A stretch of 64,000 nucleotides of DNA, taken from NCBI GenBank assembly GCA_947630545.1, contig CANRHX010000006.1:2625-66624 (forward strand), given 5' to 3'. Shown here in pieces: positions 49,242 through 59,934 of this stretch (within the stretch, counting starts at the first letter, position 1; each line of letters begins with the position of its first letter). A program made the translations under genes and the position numbers. The DNA comes from an uncultured Clostridia bacterium. GTDB lineage: Bacteria > Bacillota > Clostridia > TANB77 > CAG-508. The notes beneath the pieces were generated by a model that was given only the letters and a program-made list of their open reading frames with translations, did not search any database and was not told where the DNA came from.

Positions 49242-49496
49242 TTATTCTTTATCATTTAATTCTGATATTTTTTGTGCACATTTATTACAGATTAATTTAC
49301 CTTTATATTCAACTAAATTTTTTGTATTACCACAAAAAACACAATTTGGTTCGAATTTTTTCAATACTATAGAAGAAGAATCAACATATATTTCTAGTTC
49401 ATCTTTTTCGTTAATATTAAATTTATTTCTAATTTCAATAGGAATAACAACTCTACCTAATTCATCTACTCTTCTGATAATTCCTGTTGCTTTCAT
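49242..49496 (-). CDS. abrB: AbrB/SpoVT-family transition-state regulator with C-terminal CxxC..CxxC
   Basis: MKATGIIRRVDELGRVVIPIEIRNKFNI, with ATG 49496 behind GGAGGAG. The tail is CVFCGNTKNLVEYKGKLICNKC. Confidence 0.85.
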   Translation of the reverse strand: MKATGIIRRVDELGRVVIPIEIRNKFNINEKDELEIYVDSSSIVLKKFEPNCVFCGNTKNLVEYKGKLICNKCAQKISELNDKE

Positions 49497-49670
49497 ATAT
49501 CTCCTCCTCAATGCAAATATTTAAACAATCCTTTTATATGTTTAATATATCATAAATAAATTTCTAGGTCAATGAAAATTTATATAAATTTAACTAGCCA
49601 GTTAAAATGAATTGGCTTTTTGCTGGAATTAACTGGGAAATTTAGGAATAAAATTATTTAGGTGATAACT

Positions 49671-50261
49671 ATGCTAAATATAATATGGCCAATTTTTATA
49701 ATAATATCATTTGGCTATGCAATTTTTTCAGGAAATTTAGGAAAATTAAATGAATCAATTTTTTCTAGTACATCAGAATCAGTTAATTTAAGTATTAGTC
49801 TACTTGGAACTATTTGTTTATGGAATGGAATTATGCAAATTGCAAGTAAAACCACTATTATAGATAAATTAACAAAAATGCTAAGACCATTGATGAGATG
49901 GCTTTTTCCCGACATTAATGAAAATAGCAATGTTCATAAAGAAATTTCAATGAACATGGTAGCAAATATTTTAGGACTTGGAAATGCAGCTACTCCTCTA
50001 GGATTAAAAGCAATGAAGTCAATGCAAAAAGAGAATAAAAATAAAAATACATTAACAAATTCAATGATTACATTTATAGTAATAAATACGGCATCCATAC
50101 AAATTATTCCTACAACTGTAATAGCAATAAGAAGCTCTATGGGGTCAAATAATCCAACTAGCATTATTTTTACTGTATGGATTGCAACTATATGTGCAGC
50201 AGTTGCGGGTATTACAGCCACTAAGCTCTTCATAAAATTTAGTGAGAAGGGGAAAAAATAA
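49671..50261 (+). CDS. spmA: spore maturation protein A (nucleoside-recognition-domain membrane protein)
   Basis: MLNIIWPIFIIISFGYAIFSG...ANILGLGNAATPLGLKAM, followed by an spmB-like gene. Confidence 0.75.
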   Translation: MLNIIWPIFIIISFGYAIFSGNLGKLNESIFSSTSESVNLSISLLGTICLWNGIMQIASKTTIIDKLTKMLRPLMRWLFPDINENSNVHKEISMNMVANILGLGNAATPLGLKAMKSMQKENKNKNTLTNSMITFIVINTASIQIIPTTVIAIRSSMGSNNPTSIIFTVWIATICAAVAGITATKLFIKFSEKGKK

Positions 50262-50788
50262 TGAAATTAGTTACTTTTCTATCTGATGTAGCAATGCCAT
50301 TTATTATATTAATGATAATTGTTTATGGATTAATTGAGAGAAATAAAGTTTTTGATACTTTTTTAGATGGAGCTAAAGAGGGGTTAAGCATTGTTTTAAG
50401 TATTTTTCCTACGTTAATAGGATTATTTGTTGCAATTGGAGCTCTTAGAAGTTCTGGAATAATAGATGCAATTGTAAATATATTAAATCCAGTTTTAAAT
50501 CTTATAAATTTCCCAAGTGAAATAATGCCTCTAGCATTGTTACGACCAATTTCTGGTAGCGCCTCTATTGCTGTTGCAACAGATATAATGAATAATTATG
50601 GAGTTGATAGTAAAATCGGTTTAATTGCATCAACTATTATGGGATCTACGGAAACAACATTATATACTATTGCAGTTTATACAAGTTCAGTGGGGATAAA
50701 AAAAACAAGGTTTGTTTTAATATCAGCTCTTATTGCAGATTTAGTTGGAATGCTAGTTAGTGTTGCAATTTGTCAAATTATGTTTTAA
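50261..50788 (+). CDS. spmB: spore maturation protein B
   Basis: 175-aa polytopic protein with LLRPISGSASIAVATDI, translationally coupled to spmA (ATAATG overlap). Confidence 0.75.
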   Translation: MKLVTFLSDVAMPFIILMIIVYGLIERNKVFDTFLDGAKEGLSIVLSIFPTLIGLFVAIGALRSSGIIDAIVNILNPVLNLINFPSEIMPLALLRPISGSASIAVATDIMNNYGVDSKIGLIASTIMGSTETTLYTIAVYTSSVGIKKTRFVLISALIADLVGMLVSVAICQIMF

Positions 50789-50794
50789 ACACTT

Positions 50795-50903
50795 TGTGTC
50801 ATCGGTTCCGTGTGTCATTGGTTCCGGGTTTGGTTGACACACTTTTTCAAAAAAAGTGTGTCAACCAAACCCGGAACCAATGACACACGGAACCGATGAC
50901 ACA
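50795..50903. repeat. 109-bp palindrome (two nested units per arm)
   Basis: tgtgtcatcggttccgtgtgtcattggttccgggtttggttgacacacttttt-caa-aaaaagtgtgtcaaccaaacccggaaccaatgacacacggaaccgatgacaca. Confidence 0.95.
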
Positions 50904-51015
50904 AATCTAGGGAAATAGCAGTTTGTAAATTTTTTGTGAAATTCTTTACATTAAAAAAATAAAGTGATATTATTTTTAAAGTGTATATTTTTATAAAAAA
51001 GAGGAGGAAGTTTTT

Positions 51016-51957
51016 GTGATAGAGTTAAAAAATGTTACAAAAAAGTATGGAAATTTCACAGCTGTAGACAATATTAGTTTTACTATAGAAGAGGGAGAAA
51101 TAATAGGACTACTAGGACCAAATGGAGCTGGGAAAAGTACAACAATGAATATGATTACAGGTTTTATTGAACAAACAGAAGGAGATATTATAATAGATGG
51201 ATATGATATGTTAAAAAAACCTAAAAAAGCCAAAAGAGAAATTGGCTATATGCCAGAAGGTGTACCATTATACACAGATTTGACTGTCAAAGAATTTGTA
51301 AATTATATGGCTGAACTTAAAAAAGTAAATAAAAAAGTTAGAAAAGAAAAAGTTAACAAAATTATAGAAGAAACTGGACTTAAAGATGTTGAAAAGAAAT
51401 TAATTAAAAATTTATCAAGAGGTTACAAGCAAAGGACAAGTCTTGCGGGTGCATTGGTTGGAGAGCCTAAAATACTAATTTTAGATGAACCAACAGTTGG
51501 ATTAGATCCAAAGCAAATTACTGAAATAAGAAGTTTAATTAAAGAACTTGGAAAAACGCATACTATAATTTTAAGTTCTCATATATTGTCAGAAGTAAGC
51601 CAAATATGTAGTAAAGTCATAATAATAAATAAAGGAAAAATTGTTGCAATCGATGCTCCTCAAAATTTGGAAAACAAAGTAAACACAAATAATAATATAT
51701 ATATAACAGTTGAAGACCCTGAAAATAAAATAGAGAAAATGAAAGATATAATTACAGACATAAAAGATATAAAATTAATTTGTACAAATGAAGATGGAAC
51801 AAAACATTACTCTATAGAAACTCAAGGGGATAAAGATATAAGAAAAACAATTTTTACAGAATTTGCAAAAGAGAATATAACTATTTATGAAATGAAAAAA
51901 CAAGATGTGACTTTGGAAGATGCATTTATACAATTAATAGAAGGGGGTAAAAATTAA
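51016..51957 (+). CDS. ABC transporter ATP-binding protein (ABC-2/GldA-like)
   Basis: Walker A GPNGAGKST, signature LSRGYKQR, Walker B ILILDEP. Confidence 0.9.
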   Translation: MIELKNVTKKYGNFTAVDNISFTIEEGEIIGLLGPNGAGKSTTMNMITGFIEQTEGDIIIDGYDMLKKPKKAKREIGYMPEGVPLYTDLTVKEFVNYMAELKKVNKKVRKEKVNKIIEETGLKDVEKKLIKNLSRGYKQRTSLAGALVGEPKILILDEPTVGLDPKQITEIRSLIKELGKTHTIILSSHILSEVSQICSKVIIINKGKIVAIDAPQNLENKVNTNNNIYITVEDPENKIEKMKDIITDIKDIKLICTNEDGTKHYSIETQGDKDIRKTIFTEFAKENITIYEMKKQDVTLEDAFIQLIEGGKN

Positions 51958-52637
51958 TGTTAACTATAATAAAAAAAGAATTTAAATCTTATTTTTTATC
52001 ACCAATAGGATATATATTTATAGGACTATTTTTAGTAATGTTTAGCATATTTTTTTATACAGATGTAGTTCAATATGGAAGTACTAATTTTGAATACATA
52101 TTTTATTCTGGTGCTACGATTTTAACATTTATAGTACCTATATTAACAATGAGAGCTTTTGCAGAAGAAAGAAAGACAGGGACTGAGCAATTAATATTAA
52201 CGGCACCAATAAGTTTAACCAAAGTTATAATTGGAAAATTTATAGCAGCAACATTAGTTGTAATTATTACTGAAATTTGTACTTTTATGTATTTTGGAAT
52301 ATTATGTTTTTTTGGAATGCCACATATAACTACTGCTTTAGCTACTTTACTTGGATTTTTATTGTTAGCAATGGCATACATAGCATTTGGAATTTTTGCA
52401 TCTAGTTTAACAGAAAACCAAATTATAGCTGCAATTTTAACTGTAGGATTTTTTATATTGACATGGTTCTTACCACAATTTAGTACAGTATTTACTAATT
52501 TTTCATTAATAAATATGTTTTCAAAATTCCCACAAGGACAAATTGACATAGCAGACACAGTTACCTTTATAACATTTACAGTAGCATGCATATTATTAAC
52601 ATTAATTGTATTGCAAAGAAGAAAAAGTGTAAGGTAG
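51957..52637 (+). CDS. ABC-2 type permease (GldF-like)
   Basis: 226 aa with six hydrophobic helices, coupled to the ATPase gene. Confidence 0.75.
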   Translation: MLTIIKKEFKSYFLSPIGYIFIGLFLVMFSIFFYTDVVQYGSTNFEYIFYSGATILTFIVPILTMRAFAEERKTGTEQLILTAPISLTKVIIGKFIAATLVVIITEICTFMYFGILCFFGMPHITTALATLLGFLLLAMAYIAFGIFASSLTENQIIAAILTVGFFILTWFLPQFSTVFTNFSLINMFSKFPQGQIDIADTVTFITFTVACILLTLIVLQRRKSVR

Positions 52638-52648
52638 GAGGTATATTA

Positions 52649-54169
52649 ATGAAAATAGAAAGAAAAAACAAAAAAGAAAAGAAAGAAAAAAATGAAAAAG
52701 AACCAAATAAATTTATTCAAACAATAAAAAAGAAATGGTTAATAGATGGCACTTCAACAATTATTTTAATAGCAATTGTTATAGCTGCATTTATATGTAT
52801 AAATATGTTAATGCAAAATTTAGAATTAGCACCAATTGATTTAAGCCAAGAACAACTATATTCATTAACACAAGGTAGTAAAGACAAAGTTAGCAATATC
52901 GATAGTGACGTAAACATATATCTTATTGGCTTTTCAGAAGATGATTCAATAGTTGATTTAGCAAAACAATATAAGAATGCAAATGAAAAAATAAAAACAG
53001 AAATTGTTACTGCAGAATCTAGACCAGATTTAGTTAAAAAATATGGCATTGAAAGTGGAACTACAGGTATAATTGTTGCGTGTGGAGAAAAATCTAAAGT
53101 ATTGACAACTAGTGATTTAGTAACATACGATATGACAACGTATGAAACTATAGATATAACAGAAGAAAGATTAACTAGTTCAATAATGAGTGTAGCATCA
53201 AGCAAAATTCCAAAAGTATATTTTTTAGATGGATATAGTGATGAATATTCTTTATCATATAATATGAATTATTTAAATGTATATTTAGAAAATGAAATAA
53301 ACCAAGTTGATAAATTAAATATTTTAACTGCAGGAAAAGTTCCTGATGATTGCGATACTTTAGTTATATGTACTCCAGACAAAGACTTTGATGCTATAGC
53401 TACAAAAGCAATTACAGATTATATAAACTCAGGAAGAAATATCTTATGGTTAAACTCTGCTATAACAGAAAAACAAGATTTTACTAATGTAAATAAAATA
53501 CTTGCTTTATATGGAGTTAAACCATTTGAAGTTGGAACAATATTGGAAACAGATACAAGTAAAATGTTAGCACAAACACCATATATCATTTTACCAAACG
53601 TACAAAGTTCTACAGTTACAAAAAATATATATAATAGTACAGGAGTATTATTTGTAAATCCAACAAAAATAAATTTACAAGATAGTGATGGCTTAGAAAA
53701 ATTAAAAGTAGAAGAAACTGATTTATTAACTGCAAGTGAAGGATCATTCTTTAGAACTGATTTTAGTATTCAAACTACTGCAAAAACTAAATCTGATGAA
53801 TCAGGTGAATTTGTTGTAGGAGCAGAGTTAACTAAAACTATAAAAGAAGCAGATGAAAAAGCAGGCACACAAGCTGTAACTTCAAAAATGATTATATTTG
53901 GTGAAAATAATTTTATTACAGATTATCCAATTGGAAATAGCAATACACCAGTTCTAGCACTTGAACATAATAAAGATCTAATATTAAATTCTATGGCTTA
54001 CCTGGTAGACAGAGAAGAAGATATAACTGCTAGAAAAAGTACAGGAAGAGTTACTTATACAGCTACAGAAGAGCAAGATACATTAATAAAAATAGCAATA
54101 TTTGCTGTACCAATAGTTATTATAATAGTAGGTATTATAGTATGGTTTATTAGAAGAAGAAGAAAATAG
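52649..54169 (+). CDS. GldG-like ABC-transporter auxiliary protein
   Basis: ATG 52649 behind TAGGAGG. N- and C-terminal TM anchors flank a large extracytoplasmic domain. Third gene of the ABC-2 operon. Confidence 0.6.
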   Translation: MKIERKNKKEKKEKNEKEPNKFIQTIKKKWLIDGTSTIILIAIVIAAFICINMLMQNLELAPIDLSQEQLYSLTQGSKDKVSNIDSDVNIYLIGFSEDDSIVDLAKQYKNANEKIKTEIVTAESRPDLVKKYGIESGTTGIIVACGEKSKVLTTSDLVTYDMTTYETIDITEERLTSSIMSVASSKIPKVYFLDGYSDEYSLSYNMNYLNVYLENEINQVDKLNILTAGKVPDDCDTLVICTPDKDFDAIATKAITDYINSGRNILWLNSAITEKQDFTNVNKILALYGVKPFEVGTILETDTSKMLAQTPYIILPNVQSSTVTKNIYNSTGVLFVNPTKINLQDSDGLEKLKVEETDLLTASEGSFFRTDFSIQTTAKTKSDESGEFVVGAELTKTIKEADEKAGTQAVTSKMIIFGENNFITDYPIGNSNTPVLALEHNKDLILNSMAYLVDREEDITARKSTGRVTYTATEEQDTLIKIAIFAVPIVIIIVGIIVWFIRRRRK

Positions 54170-54182
54170 AATAAAATAAAAA

Positions 54183-54208
54183 AACTCCCATAAAATATTA
54201 TGGGAGTT
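54183..54208 (+). terminator. rho-independent terminator
   Basis: aactcccataa-aata-ttatgggagtt followed by a T-run. Confidence 0.8.
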
Positions 54209-54213
54209 TTTTT

Positions 54214-55245
54214 ATGAAAAATATTTTTAAAATTACTTTTGTAATAATAGGAACATTAATTGGAGCTGGCTTTGCATCTGGTCAAGAAATGCATATTTTC
54301 TTTTTTTCTTATGGCACAAACGGATTGTGGGGGCTATTAATATCAAGTATTTTGATGGGAATAATTATTTATAAAACACTAAAAATGGTAGATAAATATG
54401 GTATTTCAAATTATAAAGAGCTAATTGATATAATTATAAATAAAAATTACAAACAAAAATATTTAAATTTAAAATATATCTTAAATTTAGTAGTGAATAT
54501 TTTTATATTAGTCACTTTTTTTATAATGGTTGCAGGTTTTGGAGCTTATTTTGAACAAGAAATAGGAATTAATCACTTTTTCGGAAGTATTATTATATCG
54601 ATTCTATGCTTTATAGTGTTCATGACAAGTGTAAAAGGACTTGTAAAAGTAAATCAAATATTAATTCCTATACTAATTCTATTAATTTGTTTAATTGGTG
54701 TGCTAAACTTTCTAAAAATAGACTGGAATATTGCAATAGATAACATATATGCACAAAGCAAAACAGGGTGGCTATTAAGTAGTATTCTTTATTGTAGCTA
54801 TAATAGTATATTACTTATACCTACTTTGATTACTTTAAAAAATTATATTAAAAATAAAAATAATATTATTTTAGTTAGTATTTTTACTACTTTAATAGTA
54901 ATTTTACTTTCCACAATTTTATTTTTTATTTTAAGCAATATAAATGGTAATATGTCAAATATAGAAATGCCAGCAGTGTATGTAATAGAAAGTATGTTTA
55001 AAAAATTTAATTTAATTTATGGATTTGTTATTATATCATCAATTTTTACTACATCAATTTCTTTAGGAACAAGTTTTTTACAAAATACTTCTAAAAACAA
55101 AAAAAGTTATACACATATTGCTATAATTATGTGCATAATTGCTGTTATAACTTCAAATTTTGGCTTTTCAAATTTAGTAAATTTATTATATCCTATTTTT
55201 GGTTATTTAGGTTTAGCTCAGATTTTTATAATGTTTTACAAATAA
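54214..55245 (+). CDS. YkvI-family polytopic membrane protein (transporter-like)
   Basis: MKNIFKITFVIIGTLIGAGFASGQEMHIFF and about 10 TM helices. Confidence 0.55.
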   Translation: MKNIFKITFVIIGTLIGAGFASGQEMHIFFFSYGTNGLWGLLISSILMGIIIYKTLKMVDKYGISNYKELIDIIINKNYKQKYLNLKYILNLVVNIFILVTFFIMVAGFGAYFEQEIGINHFFGSIIISILCFIVFMTSVKGLVKVNQILIPILILLICLIGVLNFLKIDWNIAIDNIYAQSKTGWLLSSILYCSYNSILLIPTLITLKNYIKNKNNIILVSIFTTLIVILLSTILFFILSNINGNMSNIEMPAVYVIESMFKKFNLIYGFVIISSIFTTSISLGTSFLQNTSKNKKSYTHIAIIMCIIAVITSNFGFSNLVNLLYPIFGYLGLAQIFIMFYK

Positions 55246-55305
55246 TATATTGAAAAATGGAGAAAAAACTGATATAAATATAATATAACAAAAAAGGAGA
55301 AACAA

Positions 55306-56469
55306 ATGAAAGATTTTTGGATAGAAAAAAAGGAAAAAAAGGTTAACAAAAGAAAAATTTTTATTTCTGTAATTATAGTGTTACTTTTAATATTTGTTTT
55401 AACTATAATAATTATATATAATACAAATGATGACTTTAAGAAGTGGATGGACAAAGCAGTTTTAAATAAAGAAGTATTTCAAGATACAGCAACTGTTATT
55501 GAATTAGAAGATGAAAATTCAGAAGTTTATGCTTTTAATAAAAATATTGCCGTTCTTAGCAAAAATAAATTTAAAATATATAACAATCTAGGAAATAAAG
55601 ATGTTGAACTTGATATGGAAATAACCAATCCAATTTTTTGTTCTAGCAATAGATTTATTGCAGTGGGAGAAAAATTAGGACAAAAATTATATGTAATAGA
55701 AGATAATAAAATAGCTTGGGAAACAGATATAGAAGGGGAAATTTCCCAAATACATATTAATAAAAATGGATATGTTGCAGTAGTTGTAACTGGTACAAGC
55801 TATAAAACTGTTATCTCTATGTTTGATAATAAGGGGACACTATTATTTAGCAAATATTTATCTAGTACAAGGCTTGCCGATGTAAGCATTTCTAATGATA
55901 ACAAATATTTAGCACTTGCAGAAATAGACACATCAGGAACAGTAATTCAATCAAGTGTAAAGGTAGTTTCAGTTGAAAATGTGCAATCTGAATCAGAAAA
56001 AGTATATAAAGGACAAGCAAATAGTTTAATAGTTAATATAAAATATCAAGATAATAATAGATTAGTTTGTATGTATGATGATTCAATTCATATTATAGTT
56101 GATGATAAAGATGAAGTTTTGACTAATTATGATAATCAAAAAATTACTTTTAGTTCTATTGAATTAAACAACAATGTTGTAAATGTTAAAGAGCAATCTT
56201 CAGGACTTTTTACTGCTGATTCAATAGTAAGTATAACAAATACAAATGATAAAAGTGTTAAAAATTATACAGCAGAATCTGTTTCAAAAGAAATTTATAC
56301 ATATGAAAATGTTATAGCATTAAATTTAGGTTCTCAAATTGAATTTATCAATACAGATGGATGGTTAATAAAAAGGTATATAGCCAAACAAGAAATTACA
56401 AATACAGTGATTTCAAACTCTGTAGCAGGAATTGTATATAGAGATAAAGTTGAAATAATAAACTTATAA
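55306..56469 (+). CDS. membrane-anchored hypothetical protein, repetitive beta-rich ectodomain
   Basis: 387 aa with an N-terminal TM. No catalytic motif recognised. Confidence 0.45.
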   Translation: MKDFWIEKKEKKVNKRKIFISVIIVLLLIFVLTIIIIYNTNDDFKKWMDKAVLNKEVFQDTATVIELEDENSEVYAFNKNIAVLSKNKFKIYNNLGNKDVELDMEITNPIFCSSNRFIAVGEKLGQKLYVIEDNKIAWETDIEGEISQIHINKNGYVAVVVTGTSYKTVISMFDNKGTLLFSKYLSSTRLADVSISNDNKYLALAEIDTSGTVIQSSVKVVSVENVQSESEKVYKGQANSLIVNIKYQDNNRLVCMYDDSIHIIVDDKDEVLTNYDNQKITFSSIELNNNVVNVKEQSSGLFTADSIVSITNTNDKSVKNYTAESVSKEIYTYENVIALNLGSQIEFINTDGWLIKRYIAKQEITNTVISNSVAGIVYRDKVEIINL

Positions 56470-56497
56470 TAATCATTTACTAAAAGGAGGATTTTAC

Positions 56498-57109
56498 ATG
56501 GGAATATTAATTGACATAGTAATAGTTGCAATAATTGTTCTATCAACATATTTAGCATATAAGAAAGGTTTAGCTGCACTTGCAATAAAGTTATGCGCAG
56601 TAATAATTTCAGTTGTAGTAACTTTAGTTTTATATAAACCGGTCTCAAATTTTATTATAAATTTTACTAATATAGATGAAACAATTGAAGATGCAGTATT
56701 ACAAAAATCATTTGAATTAATAAATGAAGGAGATAAAGAAAATGATATGACACAATCTGCATTAGATCAAGTAAAAAATGATTCTATAGTTCAAACTGCA
56801 AAAGATTTATCAACGCAAATAATAAATTTATGTGTAATTGTAATTTTATTCTTTGGAATAAAAATTGCTTTAAAATTTGTTACAGTAATTGCAAATAAAG
56901 TTGCTAATTTGCCTATTATAAATAAATTTAATGAAGCTGGTGGAATAATATACGGTTTAGTTCGTGGATTTGTTATTATTTATGCATGCTTACTCCTAGT
57001 TAGCTTTATAGGAAAAGTAGACTCAAAAAATATTTTACATGAAAATATTGAAAAATCATATTTAGGTAAAACCATGTATGAAAATAATGTATTTAATATA
57101 TTATTATAG
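56498..57109 (+). CDS. CvpA-family membrane protein
   Basis: MGILIDIVIVAIIVLSTYLAYKKGL and four TM helices. GGAGGA lies upstream. Confidence 0.6.
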   Translation: MGILIDIVIVAIIVLSTYLAYKKGLAALAIKLCAVIISVVVTLVLYKPVSNFIINFTNIDETIEDAVLQKSFELINEGDKENDMTQSALDQVKNDSIVQTAKDLSTQIINLCVIVILFFGIKIALKFVTVIANKVANLPIINKFNEAGGIIYGLVRGFVIIYACLLLVSFIGKVDSKNILHENIEKSYLGKTMYENNVFNILL

Positions 57110-57170
57110 GGGTTGATATTTGAGAAAAAAATTGATATACTATATACATAAATTTTAGGAGTGAATTATT

Positions 57171-58493
57171 TTGAAAAATGAACAAACAAAAGTAAAAAAG
57201 AAAAAGAAAAAAATGAAATTATGGAAAAAAATATTATTAATTATAATTTTAATACTTGCAATACTTATAGGATGGTTTATGTATAAGACAGAAAAAAATG
57301 GTGGAGGACTAACAGGAATGTTAGCGACATTAGCTGGACATGATGAAAATACAAGAAAAAATCTAGGTGAATTTAGATGTTTAATACTAGGAATTAGTAC
57401 AGACCAAGGTGTAGATTTAACAGATACAATAATGGTTTTATCATATAATCCAGGTACGCAAAAAGCAACACTTTTATCAATTCCAAGAGATACTTACACA
57501 GGTTCAGATCCATCTAGGGCTACAGCATACGAGAAGTTAAATGCTTTATATAGCAGACAACATAGACCAGACGAGACATTAGAAGCAGTTAATAACATTA
57601 CAGGTCTTGATATTCAATATTATGTAGTAGTAAAAACAGAAGCATTAATTAAATTGGTAGATGTAGTTGGGGGAGTGACATTTGATGTACCAATTGATAT
57701 GGACTATGATGATTCAAAGCAAGATTTACACATTCATTTAAAAGCAGGAGAACAACTTTTAGATGGAGATAAAGCTGAGCAATTAGTAAGATTTAGGCAT
57801 AACAACGATTTTACTACATATCCAGAAGAATATGGAGATAATGATACAGGAAGAATGAGAACACAAAGAGAATTTATAATGCAAGTAATGAAGCAAACAT
57901 TAAAGCCAGATAATATTTGGAAAATTTTTGATATTCTTGACGTAGCAAAAGAATGTGTAATTACTAATGTCAACTTTGATGTGGCAAAAGATTATGTACC
58001 TTATGCAGTAGAATTTGATACATTAGATTTACTTACAGATGTATTACCTGGTACAAATACTAATAAAAATACAAGTGGAACATGGGTATTTGTTCATGAT
58101 CCTGTAGGAACAGAAAAATTAGTACAAAAATTATTCTATGATAGAGATGAAACAGAAGAAACTGATGATGGAAAAAATACTGACAAAACATCAAAAAGTA
58201 AAAATAAAACAAATGAAGACGCAGAAAAACTAAGCATTCAAATTATTAATGGAACAGGGGATAGTAATAAGCTAGAAATTGCTCTACATGAAATAAAAAG
58301 TTTAAATTATGAGGTAGACACTGTAGAATCTAATGAGGTAGATAAAACAATTATCATAAATCAATCAGATATAGATGATGACACAATTAAAGGGATAAAA
58401 GATACTTTACAACAAGGAATTATACAAAAATTTACTGATAAAAAATCACAGTATGATATAAAAATAGTCTTAGGTAAAGATTATGAAGGATAA
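57171..58493 (+). CDS. LCP (LytR-CpsA-Psr) family cell-envelope phosphotransferase
   Basis: N-terminal TM, DTIMVLSYNPGTQKATLLSIPRDTY, RFRH, and a C-terminal LytR_C-like domain. Confidence 0.8.
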   Translation: MKNEQTKVKKKKKKMKLWKKILLIIILILAILIGWFMYKTEKNGGGLTGMLATLAGHDENTRKNLGEFRCLILGISTDQGVDLTDTIMVLSYNPGTQKATLLSIPRDTYTGSDPSRATAYEKLNALYSRQHRPDETLEAVNNITGLDIQYYVVVKTEALIKLVDVVGGVTFDVPIDMDYDDSKQDLHIHLKAGEQLLDGDKAEQLVRFRHNNDFTTYPEEYGDNDTGRMRTQREFIMQVMKQTLKPDNIWKIFDILDVAKECVITNVNFDVAKDYVPYAVEFDTLDLLTDVLPGTNTNKNTSGTWVFVHDPVGTEKLVQKLFYDRDETEETDDGKNTDKTSKSKNKTNEDAEKLSIQIINGTGDSNKLEIALHEIKSLNYEVDTVESNEVDKTIIINQSDIDDDTIKGIKDTLQQGIIQKFTDKKSQYDIKIVLGKDYEG

Positions 58494-58539
58494 AAAAGGG
58501 GCTACATAAATAATTTAGCCTCTTTGTGTTTATTAATAA

Positions 58540-59826
58540 TTAATATCTAAATTTCTTATTAGTCTTTTTACGTTTCGTTCTAATTAATTTGTATAAAACA
58601 AATAAAATAAATGCAATTAAAATCCATTGTATAATATAAAATAAAATATTATCTTTTTCAACTGAATGAGAAGCTGTAATATCTGAACTATACTCAATAC
58701 CCTCAATTGTATATTTTATTTTACCAAGAACTTCTCCCTGACTAATAGGTGCAGAAATATTTTCATTTAATATAAATTCAGGTTCAATTTCATCTTGTAA
58801 ATTTTTCTGTTTAATTAAAACGTTAATATCTTCAGTAATTAATAAATCTAAATCTTTAGTTTCTTTTGTAGCATTAGGAATTTCAATTTGTTTAGCAATT
58901 GCACCCTTTTCACGTATTTTCCCAATTGTATATGTATTATATCCGTATTCATAAAGAGTTCTAGAGTCTACAAAACGTGCACTTAAACCTTTATCTGTTC
59001 TTATACCACCTAATACAACGCAGATTAATTCTAATCCATCTTTGCTTGCCATAGAAACTAAACAATTTTTAGCTTCTGAAGTGTAACCTGTTTTTCCTGC
59101 AATTACATAAGGAGTATAATAATTTGTTGAAACTTCTCTGGTATCAACCACAATTAACTCATTAGTATTTGTATATGCTCTTTGCGTATATTTATTTGTT
59201 GCAGGGATAATGCAATTTTGGCTTGAAGCAATTTCTCTAAAAGTTTCATTTGACATGCAATATTTCATAATAAGTGCTAAATCATAAGCAGTAGTATAAT
59301 GGTCCTTTTCATGTTTTCCGCTCGGATTTAAAAAGTGTGAGTCTTTGCAACCAATTTCATTTGCTTTTGTATTCATCATGCTTGCAAAGCTATCAATAGA
59401 GCCACCTACATGTTTGGCAAGAACATTTGCAGCATCATTTGCTGAATGAACAAGTAATACTTGTAATAATTGTTTTACAGTTAATTTCTCACCAACTTGA
59501 AGTGAGGCAACTGTATAGTCAGGTGGTACAATAGCAATAGAATCATAGTCTACAGTGACAACGTCATCTAATTTACAATTTTCAATTGTTACAATTGCTG
59601 TTAATATTTTTGTGGTACTTGCTGGATATTTACGCTTTTTAGCATCTTTATTATACAATATTTTTCCTGTGTTAGAGTCCACCAATATAGCAGCTTCTGA
59701 AAAAATTTTTAAGTTTTTTTCATTACTTTCTTCTTTTTCATCTGCTGCAAATGCAGTTCCTAATGGAACTAGTGTAGTTATAATCATTGTTATTATTAGT
59801 AATATAAAAAATTTCTTCTTTTTCAT
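58540..59826 (-). CDS. D-alanyl-D-alanine carboxypeptidase (S11, PBP5/DacB-like)
   Basis: Signal peptide, SxxK as PASTTKIL, SxN as HSANDAA, KTG as GKTGYT, and a C-terminal TM anchor. Confidence 0.88.
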   Translation of the reverse strand: MKKKKFFILLIITMIITTLVPLGTAFAADEKEESNEKNLKIFSEAAILVDSNTGKILYNKDAKKRKYPASTTKILTAIVTIENCKLDDVVTVDYDSIAIVPPDYTVASLQVGEKLTVKQLLQVLLVHSANDAANVLAKHVGGSIDSFASMMNTKANEIGCKDSHFLNPSGKHEKDHYTTAYDLALIMKYCMSNETFREIASSQNCIIPATNKYTQRAYTNTNELIVVDTREVSTNYYTPYVIAGKTGYTSEAKNCLVSMASKDGLELICVVLGGIRTDKGLSARFVDSRTLYEYGYNTYTIGKIREKGAIAKQIEIPNATKETKDLDLLITEDINVLIKQKNLQDEIEPEFILNENISAPISQGEVLGKIKYTIEGIEYSSDITASHSVEKDNILFYIIQWILIAFILFVLYKLIRTKRKKTNKKFRY

Positions 59827-59934
59827 TTCTTATTTTTCTCCCAATTTTGAACTAAAAATAATATATATTATTTTTAATTAAATTTCAAGATTTTAGTAAT
59901 CATTTTTAAAATATATTAATGTAAGGAGGTTTTT

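Noticed and set aside
49242-49496. The C-terminal CxxC...CxxC tail on AbrB as a novel fusion
   Set aside because: As far as I recall, clostridial AbrB-family regulators commonly carry a similar Cys-containing C-terminal extension, so this is not unusual.
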